From: Lytechinus pictus
Taxonomy: Eukaryota
Direction: 5' to 3'
Assembly (NCBI RefSeq): GCF_037042905.1
Contig: NC_087245.1
Location: forward strand, 39,742,001 to 39,806,000
DNA length: 64,000 nt
Position 1 is the stretch's first letter. Every line of letters begins with the position of its first letter. Under the pieces are notes generated by a model, which had not been told where the DNA came from, made no database searches, and saw only the letters and a program-made list of their open reading frames with translations. This document shows positions 37,362 to 48,706 of the stretch, piece after piece. The position numbers and the translations under genes are program-made.

Positions 37362-39957
37362 ATGGCATCGAATCGGACGTTGATGCTGGTCATTGGATTG
37401 GTGTTGGGTGCAGGAGGTCTTATTGCGGCGATCCTGTGTGGGGTGCTCATTGACACCTCGGAAGGACCGGTGTTTACCCCCGTCACCGATGGTCATGTGG
37501 AGATCAGACACGGGGACGACGTCGTACTCGTCGGGCAGGTTGGGGTAACGCTAGACGGTTCCGGTGACGAGTGCACGAGCGAAGGGGAGGTATAGGCTAA
37601 TATGATCGCTTTCTCTAAAATTCCTTTTCTGTTATGAAAAGATTAACATCTACCAGCCAAAATAATTCAATATTACCATGGTACTTCGATGAAATTTACA
37701 TGGCTCTCGCGGATTACCTCTAGAATAAGAGGTGATTGTATGCATCCCCTATGATCAGCAATATCTACATACGAGAAAACCGGCATAGCCCGTCTAAAAT
37801 TCAAAGCAAGGATGAATATTATAAATCACATTTGACAATTATTCTTAAACTTTCAATCACAAAAATATAGTGCCGTTGTAGCATTTGTTCATCGCTTAAT
37901 TCTTTATGTAATTCAATTTTCTAAATTAGATCAAAAGTTGTAATTGTTATAATCTTCCGACAAAGGACAGCTATTATTATCCTTGATAACATTATAGGGA
38001 CCCCGGGAAGAAGAGGTTGATAACCAGTCTATCCCTGCGATATATAATTTTGTATTACATGTATTGTTATTTTATATTATTGTTATATTGTATATAATTA
38101 TTTGATCATGTAATGCTTATTTAGTTTATATTTATGTATTTTTTTTAATCGTGAATAAAACCAACCAAACAATCTTAACTTAATCTATTTTTCCTCTTTG
38201 TTCTTTCCCAGAATGTAATTCAGTGTTTCGAGTGGGAGAATAAAGCAAGGTTAGAGATCCGACAAGAAACACCAGATGACATTATATGTAACCGCGTGAG
38301 TTGGCAAGCCATGACGCCCGACGTCGTCCTCCAAGACTGCTACGAGCTCGGCGATGCCCATTGGTTCGGTAGCGCCAATAGGTTCTTCCAACACTGGCCC
38401 ATCAACGAATGGAACGAATCTATGACCATGTATGTCTCCGGTGATATGTACGCCAATTATAATGACTATGGTTCGGTGCTCGAGAGGTACTGGCTGTCGT
38501 CAAAGGGAGTGGCCATTCGGGCATCGCATAATTCGCCGCTTCACGTGAGCTTGAACTACGACGATGACGGCTTGGTGTGTTTCAAAGGAGAATTCAAAAA
38601 CTCTTACTACCCAAGTACGGAAGATTCTCCGAAGCCGTTTCTGGATTACACGATCTGCGCTGGTGAGAACACCAGGGTTATTCATGACTACATGACGCAA
38701 AGGTACGTGAAGAAACCATCAGGTTTACCTGACATCCGAATGATGCGTTCGCCAATTTGGTCAACATGGGCAAGGTACAAGACAACTGTCAACCAGTCGC
38801 TCGTCTTAGGTTTCGCAGACGAAATCATCTCCAATGGATTCAACAACAGCCAGATAGAAATCGATGACGGGTATGCTGGAAGAAATTACGGGGATTTTTT
38901 CTTCGACGAAGACCAGTTTCCCGATCCCGTCCAGATGATCACGGACCTCCATGACAAGAACTTCAGAGTCACGCTCTGGGTTACACCTTTTGCGAATTCC
39001 AACACGGACGCATACACCGAAGGTGACGAGAATGGGTTCTGGGTGAAAAACGAAGATGGGTCTACGGCTTTGATCAGATGGTGGGCAGGAATTCAAGCTG
39101 GAATGCTTGATGTCACGAATCCCGAAGCGGTCACCTGGTTTGTCAACAGGCTTGAGGAAGTCCGTTCCGTCTATGGTATCGACTCATTTAAGTTTGATGC
39201 TGGTGAAACAAACTATTTAGGGTACCACAAGACAATGGTCCCAATCGTCAATCCATGTGAGTACACCACGGAATGGGTAAAGCTTGCGGCTCAACTGGGA
39301 AGACAGATTGAAGTGCGAGTAGGCTTTGAGACACAAGACCAACCGATCTTTGTTAGAATGATGGACAAAGATTCCCAGTGGGGTTGGAACAATGGTCTAA
39401 AAACTCTCATAACATCTGCCTTGTCCTTCAGTGTTTTAGGATATCCATACGTCTTGGCCGATATGATAGGAGGTAATGTATATGAGGGGGGCTTTCGGGA
39501 GACCTATCTACCTGACAAAGAACTTTTCATCCGATGGCTACAGATCACAGCATTCATGCCGTCCATGCAGTATTCAATATCACCATGGCAATACGAGGAT
39601 GACCCGGAAGTGGTCGAGATATCTCGCAGATGGACAAGTTTCCACGAGAACGTCATTACACCGATACTAGTTGATTTGGCAGAAACGGAAGCTATTCCTG
39701 AAGGAAAACCTATGATCCGACCTCTTTGGTGGATCGCCCCGACCGATGAAAACGCCCTCCTCAGCGATGATCAGTTCCTAGTAGGTGACGACATGTTGGT
39801 CGCACCGATTGTCGAAAATGGTACTCTTTCTCGCGATGTCTACCTACCAGGAGGTAGATGGCGAGACGAGCTTCATGGAACTGAACATGATGGTGGGGAA
39901 TGGCTAAGAAACGTAGGAGTACCTCTATCGGAAGCCCTCTATTACACAAGATTGTAG
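37362..39957 (+). CDS. MYORG: myogenesis-regulating glycosidase-like (GH31, NET37/KIAA1161 subfamily), type II membrane protein, 657 aa
   Basis: join(37362-37589, 38212-39957), phase-0 GT-AG intron, with an in-frame stop upstream of the ATG. N-terminal TM segment LMLVIGLVLGAGGLIAAILCGVLI. Motifs ERYWLSSKG, PIWSTWARY, IEIDD, nucleophile SFKFDAGE, acid/base RMMDKDS, DMIGGN, PMIRPLWW, QFLVGDDMLVAP. The symbol indicates family membership, not proven 1:1 orthology. Confidence 0.93.
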
Positions 39958-41792
39958 CCTTGGTACCATAGCTCGTAAGAGAGATATTGCAGTAATATTT
40001 TTTTAATGATCAGCTCATGCATTCATAAACGTAAACATGGCTGTATTCAAAAATATATTCTATCATGTGGCACACACAAAATAAATAATAAGACATTCTG
40101 GATCAGTATCATAGTGTCAAGAACTGATATTGTTCTTAAGAAAAGGTGAACTATCATTTAAGTTCACCATCCTATACAAGAATGTTGAAGTTCTTATATT
40201 CAATGGTAAATTATTCAAAAGCGTAGTGTCGCCGCTGAGAAATTCTTTGCACCGTCGTTGTCGAAACGTTTTTTGGGGGTTTTAAGGTATATGATAGTCG
40301 CATGCTATGAGCTGATGTGTGAGAAAGATCTTGTAAATATTTTCGCGCCAGCCAGTTTGAAGCACAGATGTTGAAATATGCAGATTTTGATTAACATTAT
40401 AACATGTATAATGTTAGATTACTATATCATATAACTCTGATTAGTTATCATGAAAACTATACGCAAATTTAATATTAGTAATAAAACAACAAGATCACAT
40501 TTGATTGAGCAAATTTTAACATCAATGTATTTATCAATTAATTCGTGTATACTGTAAGTAATGTAAAGATCTGTAATATTTTGAGTCAATCATTAAAGGA
40601 TTAAACTTTGAAATCGTCATTTAGTAAACTGTTGAGGGGATTTGCGCTTATTCCTGTTGTATTCATCGCAGAATGTTTTTTGTGAATTTAATTTAGATTT
40701 TAGATTTAACATGAACATGGCAATATTGACAGGCATATAATGATTAATTACATCTTTGGATGGCACATATTTCATCTGCATTGGGAATAACGTAGACAGA
40801 GGAGGAAAATTCAGTCATGGCCATATTCATCCAAAATAACTTTTCTCTCTGATATTAACAAGGGAATAAGAGATTATAGAGTTGAATAGGCGTGCATCCC
40901 AAACTATTTGAAAAGGTGTTGGTCAAAGTAACCAATTTGAGGGTGAATAGGGGTCCAACCGATAAATATTCTGGTATATCCTTAACCATTCATAACAACT
41001 ATTCTTTAAAAATCATTAACAAGTTACTTAACGTTTTAAACAAGTTGTTAAAAAACAAACGAAAGGTTTTGACCATTTTAGTCGGTCGGACACGCAACAC
41101 ATTGGCTATTTTGACCGATAATATTTGAGAGTGCATACGTTTCATACATTTTATTAAAACAAAACACCCTCCAGAAAAGTAGCACATCTCTTTATTGTCA
41201 CTAAGTTGTCTAATGACATTTAAATACAAAGAAAATTTAAAATCTTCACGATACCTGTTCAAGATCTTTCTTTCCCGTCTGGTTTCACTGTATCTGACAT
41301 AGCACCAAATGTGTTATTAACCCGTATGTGTTGTAATCGGATGCCTGGTGACGCGACATTTCGCCATTTGCTCCGGTCTCAATATCTTAGAAGGGGTTAG
41401 AGATAGGATTGCAATAGAGTTTTATTGGTTCAGAATAATGTCAAGATGTGGATTAAGGTATAGAGTTTTGGAGGTTGGGTTTGGCTAGTTAACTTGCAGA
41501 TTTTCCATCGGAGCAATTGTCACTGGAGCAAATTAGTACCGGTTTTCAGCTATGATGGTTTTATGTATCGTTCCAACGCTATCTAAAAGTTTAAGCACGT
41601 TGTTCAACCTCGTTTCTCACAACTATTGTTTATAAGTTTTAAACCCGTTGATTAAAGCTTGAAAATAAGTTGTTTAAAAAAATGGTTTAACTTGTTGTCA
41701 GAGTAACAGACTTGCTATTTTAAGCAACGTTTTTACAGTATCCGTAAATCTAAAGATGAGAAATAGATCAGTGAGTAGTGCGGTGGTCTAAC

Positions 41793-42874
41793 TGTTGTGA
41801 AAGTTGATTGAAAAATATATGATTTCTCATTTGATATTGATGTGAAATATTGCAGAAACATTATTTTATATATTTCATATTTCCATGATGATATAACATT
41901 TATCACTGGTTATGTTTTATAAAAACCTTTGGTCATGTATATAGCACAGTGCATATATGTCATTATCAATATTGCTTGTGCTAGGCATTTATTGACATAG
42001 CGCCAGCTAGTGTTCTCTCTAGGACAGTGTTTTCCATTGCACCAATCACTGTATGTAAACATGGAAGAACTGACAGGTTTGAGGTGACACAATCATCCAA
42101 GTTCCAGTGAATTCTGGAAACCTGGTTATTGATTTGATACAATAAGGAGGCAAAGAGGTTAGTGTCTCATAGGAAGTCTTTATTTTATGAAATGATAAAT
42201 GTTAAAGATGAAAATAAGTTGAATTATTTTAGGTTCTAAATCCAGCTACTGTGCATGTAGATTACATAACAATTATACATTCACATGTGTGTTATAAGAT
42301 TGTGTAAGCAAGAAATAAGATCAAGTCTATAGCTTATACATTAGATCCTCACATTTGAAGATGACATAGTGATGAATAGGAGATTCATGTATGTTCACTG
42401 AATTTGATATTAGTTTACTGAAAATAAGATAATTCAGGATTTGTTTTGTGGAATTAATGACCAGAAAGGTTACACTATATGTAGGTCAGCAGAAAGTCAA
42501 GATATGGTAGCTTCATATTTAAAACACAAAGATACACCTGAAGTTATTGATAGTATAGTGGTAACTCTAATTGTTGTGTAAATCAATGTGTCAATATACA
42601 CATTTTATTATCAGATTATAAGCACATTTCACAATAATTGTTTAGTTTGTTGCTTGAAGAAAGAGTGAATTATCAGATGATCACACATAAGTGTATACAA
42701 TGTATTTATGATGCCTTTTTGTATGTTTCATTGATACAGTTTTCACGGAGCTTTTGGAGCTATATCAAAGTTTGAAGATGATTAATCGAAATGAGATGAG
42801 TCAAGAATAAAGTCTCGAAGCTCCCGTAGAAGCCTTTGTCTGTGTTTCATTCGTGTACCTTGAATGCTGTCACA
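41793..42874 (+). repeat. 5' LTR
   Basis: TGTTGTGAAAG...TGCTGTCACA; direct repeat at offset 7938; AATAAA at 42806-42811. Confidence 0.97.
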
Positions 42875-43015
42875 GTGAAAACTCTGCCACTCTGAAGAGT
42901 GAAAGGTCTACCCATTCTGAAGAATGAAATCTCTCGCCATGCTGAAGTTTGAATTCTATCGCCTTTAAAGAGTCAGTCTGTCTTCACAATTATAATCAAC
43001 GGAAGTCATCTGAAA

Positions 43016-46000
43016 ATGTCTACTCATCGCGAGGAAAGCTTATCTGAACCTGGAGCAGTCGGAGGTGACAAGCGAATTCGTCAACCTACCAATAAGGGAT
43101 TGCAATGGCAGTTAGAAGTGAAAGAAAAGAAATGGAAAAGCTGCATTACTTCATGGAGAAGATCATCAACGAAATTAAGGGCTCTTCTTACAGATGAAGA
43201 CGCAGAAGTTAATGCCATAAAATCCCATAGAGATGCTCTGCAGGCAATTACGGATGATGCTATAACAGCTCAAGAAGAATTTTCTACAGCTGCAAAGATG
43301 CTTTCTAAAGAGGAAAACAGTGAAGCAAAACTTGATGAGCTAGAGGAAGAACATTCAGTTCTAATGAAACAAACGTACGATAGAGTGAGAGCCGCCCAAG
43401 GAAGTTTGAGATTGTCTACGTCAAGTTCTTCATCGAAACGTAGATGTCAACAATGGCTTGATCAACAGTTACAACCCAACAATACAGATGACGTTCAAAG
43501 TGATAAAGTACGTCAAGAAAACGGGGTTGAAAAGAAAGTCAATGCCGACAAACCAATTCCAAACGAAGATCTCAGACCTAGACAACAACAAACATTTGAG
43601 GAGCCTGCAAATCCTGTACAAGAGCTTCATCAAGACCCAGAATTCCTCACATCATGTCTGATTGACCAGATGCGACTCAATCGACTCCCTATTCCAGAGC
43701 CACCAGTCTTTGATGGAAGCCCCCTACAGTATCCGGCTTGGAAGAGAGCTTATGACATGCTCATTGAAAAGAAAGAAATTTTGCCAGAAGACAAGTTTTA
43801 CTACTTGTTGAAGTACCTAAAGGGCCGTCCCTTTGAGTTAGTTCAGGGATACTCACTCCTTAGTAACGACCATGCTTACACAATCGCAAGACAGGAATTG
43901 GACAAACGTTATGGAGACACGTTTGTCCTGTCCAATGCATTTCGGGACAAGCTAGATGCATGGCCTAAGATAGGTGCAAGGGATTCAGATGGCCTCCGAA
44001 GATATGGTGATTTTCTCCGTCAATGTCTTGCTGCATCTCAGGTTGTACATCATTTGAACCACCTAGACGATGAGAGGGAGAACAGAAAGCTACTGTCGAA
44101 GCTTCCAGACTGGCTCACGTTTAGATGGGGTCGGAAGGTTGTTCAATGGAGAAGAGATACGAACTCATTCCCTCCATTCCCTGTCTTTGTGAACTTTATC
44201 GTAGAAGAAGCAGAGGTAGCAAGTGTATCAGTAATGTCTGTTCAGGAAAAGAAACCATCGTCTAAAGCTAGGACTCTATCTACTGGCGTACAGAAGAAAG
44301 ATGAAGGAAGCAAGAAGAAATTTGCCTGTCTTTTTTGCAAAGGACAGCACCGTCTGGCAGAGTGTACTTCTTTCGCATCGCAGCCTATGGAAGAGAAGAG
44401 AAAATTTGTCCATAAGTGTAATCTGTGCTTCGGATGTCTTAAGCCTGGTCATAGATCGAAGGAATGTCGCTATAAGAGCACTTGTTCGAGGTGTAAGAAA
44501 AGACATCCTACAGCACTTCATGATGATAATTGGAGTAGTAAGCGACAATCTAAAGAAGATGACTCTCTGCATGAGACAGAGGAATCTCATTCGTCCCATG
44601 CATCAAGCAACAAGAGTAGCTCCCATACTTCAAAAACCTCTTCTATTGTTCCAGTATGGTTATCCCATACTTCAACGCCAAAGGAGTTGTTGGTATACGC
44701 AATGCTTGATACCCAATCTGACACGACGTTTATCCTTCGAAGGACGAAGGAAAAAATGGGAGTTACGGGTACAGAGGTCAACCTACTCCTCTCAACAATG
44801 TCCAAGGCTGAGGAAAGAGTTGCAAGCGAGAAGATTAAAGGTCTCAAGGTGAGGGCCTTAAATGGTGAAAAGGAGATTATGTTACCACCATCTTATACCC
44901 GTGATATCATGCCGGCAAATAGAACTCACATTCCCACGCCTGAAGTCGTCGAGAATCTCACCTATCTGGAGTCCATTAAAGATCACCTATCGCCATTGAT
45001 GGATTGTGAGATAGCCTTACTTATAGGCTATGATTGTCCTACTGCACTTGCTCCTCGAGCTGTCATTCCCCCACCGGTACATGGAGGACCTTTCGCAATG
45101 CAGACTGACCTGGGATGGAGTGTCATAGGCATGGTGGATCATGACTGTAAAGAAAATGACCCAATAGGTATAAGCCATCGTACCATGGTGAAGGTCCTTC
45201 CTGAGGAGGTGCAGCTAGACGGTCATCCTACCGAAGTCTTGTTCTCATGCCAATCCACAGTTAGAGAGGAGATAGCACCGCATCAAGTCATCAGGCTCTT
45301 AGAAGCAGATTTTGCTCCTGAAAGAGCACAACGGCCTTACTCTCAGAATGATACCAAGTTTCTGAGACTGATGGAGGAGCAGATTCGCGTCACAGACGAT
45401 GGACACTATGAAACACCCCTTCCTTTCAAGGAAACACATCCTAAGCTGCCGAACAACAGAAATATGGCTTTGAAGAGGTTAGGCAGCTTAAAGAGAAAAT
45501 TTGAAAAGGACTCTGAGTATCACAAGCTTTATACTCAAAAGATTCGATCACTAATAGAGAAGGGTTATGCAGAATATGTTCCAAACTCATCTAGGGAAGC
45601 TGACACATTTTGGTACATCCCTCACCACGGAGTGCAGCAACCCAACAAGCTTCGTGTGGTTTTTGATTGCAGTGCACAGTGCAACGGTGAGGCACTGAAC
45701 CATCATCTGTTAACCGGCCCAGATCTGACAAATAATCTAGTAGGAGTATTATGTAGATTCCGTACTGATTATGTGGCCTTTAGTTGTGACATACAGGAGA
45801 TGTTCTATCAGTTTCAAGTCAGAAGTGATCACCGTGACTATCTTCGATTTTTATGGTGGAAGGACGGAGACTATCGACAACCTGTATGTGATCTGCGTAT
45901 GAGAGTACACCTTTTCGGAGCTTCATCATCGCCAGGCTGTTCAAATTTCTGCCTCAAACAGATAGCAACAGATCATGAACAGCAATTTGGAAAAGACGTA

Positions 46001-48706
46001 AAAGACTTTGTGCATCATGACTTTTACGTCGATGATGGTTTGAAGTCGGTCCCTACAGCTGAGAAGGCTACTGACCTGATCGTGAGAACAAGAGAGTTAT
46101 GTGAGAAAGGTGGGATACACTTACACAAATTTATCTCCAACTCTCGAAAGGTGATTGAAGATGTGCCTGAAGCAGAAAGAGCCAAAGATCTAACAACCAA
46201 AGAATTATTCCACAATGACTTACCAATCCAGAAAGCGTTAGGAGTACAGTGGTGTGTGGAATCAGACACATTTCAGTTTCGGATAACATTTGACCCGAAG
46301 CCTTCGACCAGACGTGGAATCTTAGCAACTGTGATGTCGGTGTATGACCCTCTAGGTCTACTAGCTCCAGTTATTCTTCCCGGCAAATTAATTCTTCAAG
46401 AATTATGCAAAGGTGGTGCCGAATGGGATGATCTCCTGAGTGCTGACCTCCAAGCAAGATGGGAGAGATGGAAGAACGACATTGTAAAGGTGGAGAGTCT
46501 CTCAATCAATCGATGTTTCAAGCCTAACAACTTTGGTGCGATCCAGAGGGTGGAACTCCATCATTTCTCAGATGCCAGCAGCATAGGCTATGGTCAATGC
46601 ACCTACTTGAGACTGATAAATGAGAAGGGTGATGTACACTGTGCTCTAGTTATTGGAAAGTCCAGAGTTGCTCCTGTAAAGACACCTACAATTCCAAGAC
46701 TCGAGCTAACTGCAGCCTTGCTCTCAGTCAAAGCAAGCCTGTTTCTTAAAACGGAACTGGGTCTCACAATCGACAAAGAAGTCTTTTGGACGGACAGTAG
46801 AGTTGTGCTCGGTTACGTTAAGAATGAGACAAGACGTTTCCACGTATTCGTTGCTAATAGGGTGAAACAAATCAGAGATGCTTCATCACCATCTCAGTGG
46901 AATTATGTGGAAACCAAAGATAACCCAGCTGACCAGGCATCTAGAGGGATTAGAGTTGACCAACAAGAGATGACGAAGTGGCTGATTGGCCCAGGGTTCT
47001 TGTGGAAGGATGACGTCGAAGATGAGATGAATAAAGATGAAAGCACAATTCTTCCGAACGACCCTGAGGTGAAGCGCTCCCATGCTACAATCAAGCATGC
47101 AGAGAAATTTGATCTTGAGAGACTCAGACGATTCTCTACCTGGCATCAAGTCAAGAGGGCAGTAGCCAACTGTCTTCGTCTCAAGCTTTACCTCCAGAGA
47201 TGCCGCCAGGAAAAGCAAAAGGATTCACATAAAGCCAAGATCGCCATTCAACCTCTGTCCACCGAACTACTTGTCAATGCTGAGACAGAAATCATACGAC
47301 ATATTCAGAAAGATGCTTTCGAAGACGAGCTACGGACATTGGGTGGCATAGAAGGAGCTACTCGGAAGGGCAGACGTCTCGTCAAGTCTAAGAGCCGTCT
47401 ACATCAGTTGGATCCCTTCATAGACACTGAAGGAATTCTTAGAGTTGGAGGTAGACTGACAAGGGTTGAGGGACCATTCGAGCTTAAGCATCCTGCCATT
47501 CTCCCACAGTGTCATATTACAGAGCTCCTAGTTGCCCATTGCCATGCAGAAATAGCTCACCAGGGGAGAGGTATGACAATCAACCACGTCCGAGCTAAGG
47601 GATACTGGATCCTTGGTTGCAGTCACTTTGTGTCCAAGTTTATCTCCAGATGTGTGACCTGCCGTAAACTCCGTCAACCAGTCCAAAGTCAGAAGATGGC
47701 TGATCTTCCCAAAGATCGGCTTACACCTAGTCCTCCATTTACTTACTGTGGTGTAGATTGTTTTGGCCCGTGGACTATTAAAGAAGGCAGAAAAGAGTTG
47801 AAAAGGTATGGCCTCATCTTTACTTGCATGGCATCAAGAGCAATTCACATAGAAACGCTAAATTCAATGACTACTGATGCCTTCATAAATGGATTACGAC
47901 GTTTCGTTTCTATACGTGGTCCTATCAGGCAGTTGAGATCAGACAGAGGGACAAACTTTACTGGTGCAGCGACTGAACTCTCAAAAGCATGGAAAGAAGT
48001 GGACCAAACGAAAGTGGCATCTATCCTGCTTACAGAGGGCTGTGACTACTTTGATTTCAAGTTCAATTTCCCAGCCTCGAGTCATATGGGAGGGGCATGG
48101 GAAAGACAGATTCGTTCAGTACGCACCATACTCGATGCACTACTGCATCGAAATGGTCACCAACTTGATGACGACTCGCTTCGTACCTTGCTCTGTGAAG
48201 CAGCTGCTATCGTCAACAGTCGTCCTTTGGCTGTGGAATTCCTCAATGAGCCCAACCACCCAGAACCACTAACTCCAAACCATCTACTGACCCAAAAGAC
48301 GAAGGTTATTCTGCCACCACCTGGGAGGTTTCTTCGTGAAGATGTTTACCTGAAGAAGCGCTGGAGGAGGGTTCAGCACCTTTGTAATGAGTTTTGGATC
48401 CGATGGAAAAAAGAGTTCTTGAACCAACTGCAATCACGAAAGAAATGGACTCATACTCGTCGTAATATGAAAGTTGGTGATGTCGTAATCATCAAAGATG
48501 ATCAGTTACCTCGAAACTTATGGCCACTTGGGAGAATCGTCGAAAGTTATGAATCTGAAGACAATCGCGTTCGCAAAGTGAAGGTAGCAGTAGGCGATCG
48601 AAAACTAGCAGCATCAGGAAAGCGAACTACTTCAGTGAATTACTTATATCGCCCTATTCACAAACTAGTACTGTTACTTTCATATGAAGACCAGGTAGAT
48701 TCCTAG
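43016..48706 (+). CDS. BEL/Pao Gag-Pol polyprotein (1896 aa): Gag, protease, RT, RNase H, integrase
   Basis: Three Zn knuckles (CLFCKGQHRLAEC, CFGCLKPGHRSKEC, CSRCKKRHPTALH); protease LDTQSDTTFI; RT YIPHH..LRVVFD..FYVDD; RNase H FSDAS..PRLEL..WTDS..NPAD; integrase HHCC plus GVDCFGP, SDRGTNF and GAWER. Confidence 0.97.
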   Translation: MSTHREESLSEPGAVGGDKRIRQPTNKGLQWQLEVKEKKWKSCITSWRRSSTKLRALLTDEDAEVNAIKSHRDALQAITDDAITAQEEFSTAAKMLSKEENSEAKLDELEEEHSVLMKQTYDRVRAAQGSLRLSTSSSSSKRRCQQWLDQQLQPNNTDDVQSDKVRQENGVEKKVNADKPIPNEDLRPRQQQTFEEPANPVQELHQDPEFLTSCLIDQMRLNRLPIPEPPVFDGSPLQYPAWKRAYDMLIEKKEILPEDKFYYLLKYLKGRPFELVQGYSLLSNDHAYTIARQELDKRYGDTFVLSNAFRDKLDAWPKIGARDSDGLRRYGDFLRQCLAASQVVHHLNHLDDERENRKLLSKLPDWLTFRWGRKVVQWRRDTNSFPPFPVFVNFIVEEAEVASVSVMSVQEKKPSSKARTLSTGVQKKDEGSKKKFACLFCKGQHRLAECTSFASQPMEEKRKFVHKCNLCFGCLKPGHRSKECRYKSTCSRCKKRHPTALHDDNWSSKRQSKEDDSLHETEESHSSHASSNKSSSHTSKTSSIVPVWLSHTSTPKELLVYAMLDTQSDTTFILRRTKEKMGVTGTEVNLLLSTMSKAEERVASEKIKGLKVRALNGEKEIMLPPSYTRDIMPANRTHIPTPEVVENLTYLESIKDHLSPLMDCEIALLIGYDCPTALAPRAVIPPPVHGGPFAMQTDLGWSVIGMVDHDCKENDPIGISHRTMVKVLPEEVQLDGHPTEVLFSCQSTVREEIAPHQVIRLLEADFAPERAQRPYSQNDTKFLRLMEEQIRVTDDGHYETPLPFKETHPKLPNNRNMALKRLGSLKRKFEKDSEYHKLYTQKIRSLIEKGYAEYVPNSSREADTFWYIPHHGVQQPNKLRVVFDCSAQCNGEALNHHLLTGPDLTNNLVGVLCRFRTDYVAFSCDIQEMFYQFQVRSDHRDYLRFLWWKDGDYRQPVCDLRMRVHLFGASSSPGCSNFCLKQIATDHEQQFGKDVKDFVHHDFYVDDGLKSVPTAEKATDLIVRTRELCEKGGIHLHKFISNSRKVIEDVPEAERAKDLTTKELFHNDLPIQKALGVQWCVESDTFQFRITFDPKPSTRRGILATVMSVYDPLGLLAPVILPGKLILQELCKGGAEWDDLLSADLQARWERWKNDIVKVESLSINRCFKPNNFGAIQRVELHHFSDASSIGYGQCTYLRLINEKGDVHCALVIGKSRVAPVKTPTIPRLELTAALLSVKASLFLKTELGLTIDKEVFWTDSRVVLGYVKNETRRFHVFVANRVKQIRDASSPSQWNYVETKDNPADQASRGIRVDQQEMTKWLIGPGFLWKDDVEDEMNKDESTILPNDPEVKRSHATIKHAEKFDLERLRRFSTWHQVKRAVANCLRLKLYLQRCRQEKQKDSHKAKIAIQPLSTELLVNAETEIIRHIQKDAFEDELRTLGGIEGATRKGRRLVKSKSRLHQLDPFIDTEGILRVGGRLTRVEGPFELKHPAILPQCHITELLVAHCHAEIAHQGRGMTINHVRAKGYWILGCSHFVSKFISRCVTCRKLRQPVQSQKMADLPKDRLTPSPPFTYCGVDCFGPWTIKEGRKELKRYGLIFTCMASRAIHIETLNSMTTDAFINGLRRFVSIRGPIRQLRSDRGTNFTGAATELSKAWKEVDQTKVASILLTEGCDYFDFKFNFPASSHMGGAWERQIRSVRTILDALLHRNGHQLDDDSLRTLLCEAAAIVNSRPLAVEFLNEPNHPEPLTPNHLLTQKTKVILPPPGRFLREDVYLKKRWRRVQHLCNEFWIRWKKEFLNQLQSRKKWTHTRRNMKVGDVVIIKDDQLPRNLWPLGRIVESYESEDNRVRKVKVAVGDRKLAASGKRTTSVNYLYRPIHKLVLLLSYEDQVDS

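Noticed and set aside
38296-38298. Start codon of the 553-aa ORF
   Set aside because: It is an internal GTG (Val); the frame continues up to the acceptor at 38211 and splices to the ATG exon at 37362.
41910-42092. Duplicated 60-aa minus-strand ORF (also 49848-50030)
   Set aside because: The duplication simply reflects the two LTRs; non-ATG start and no motif.
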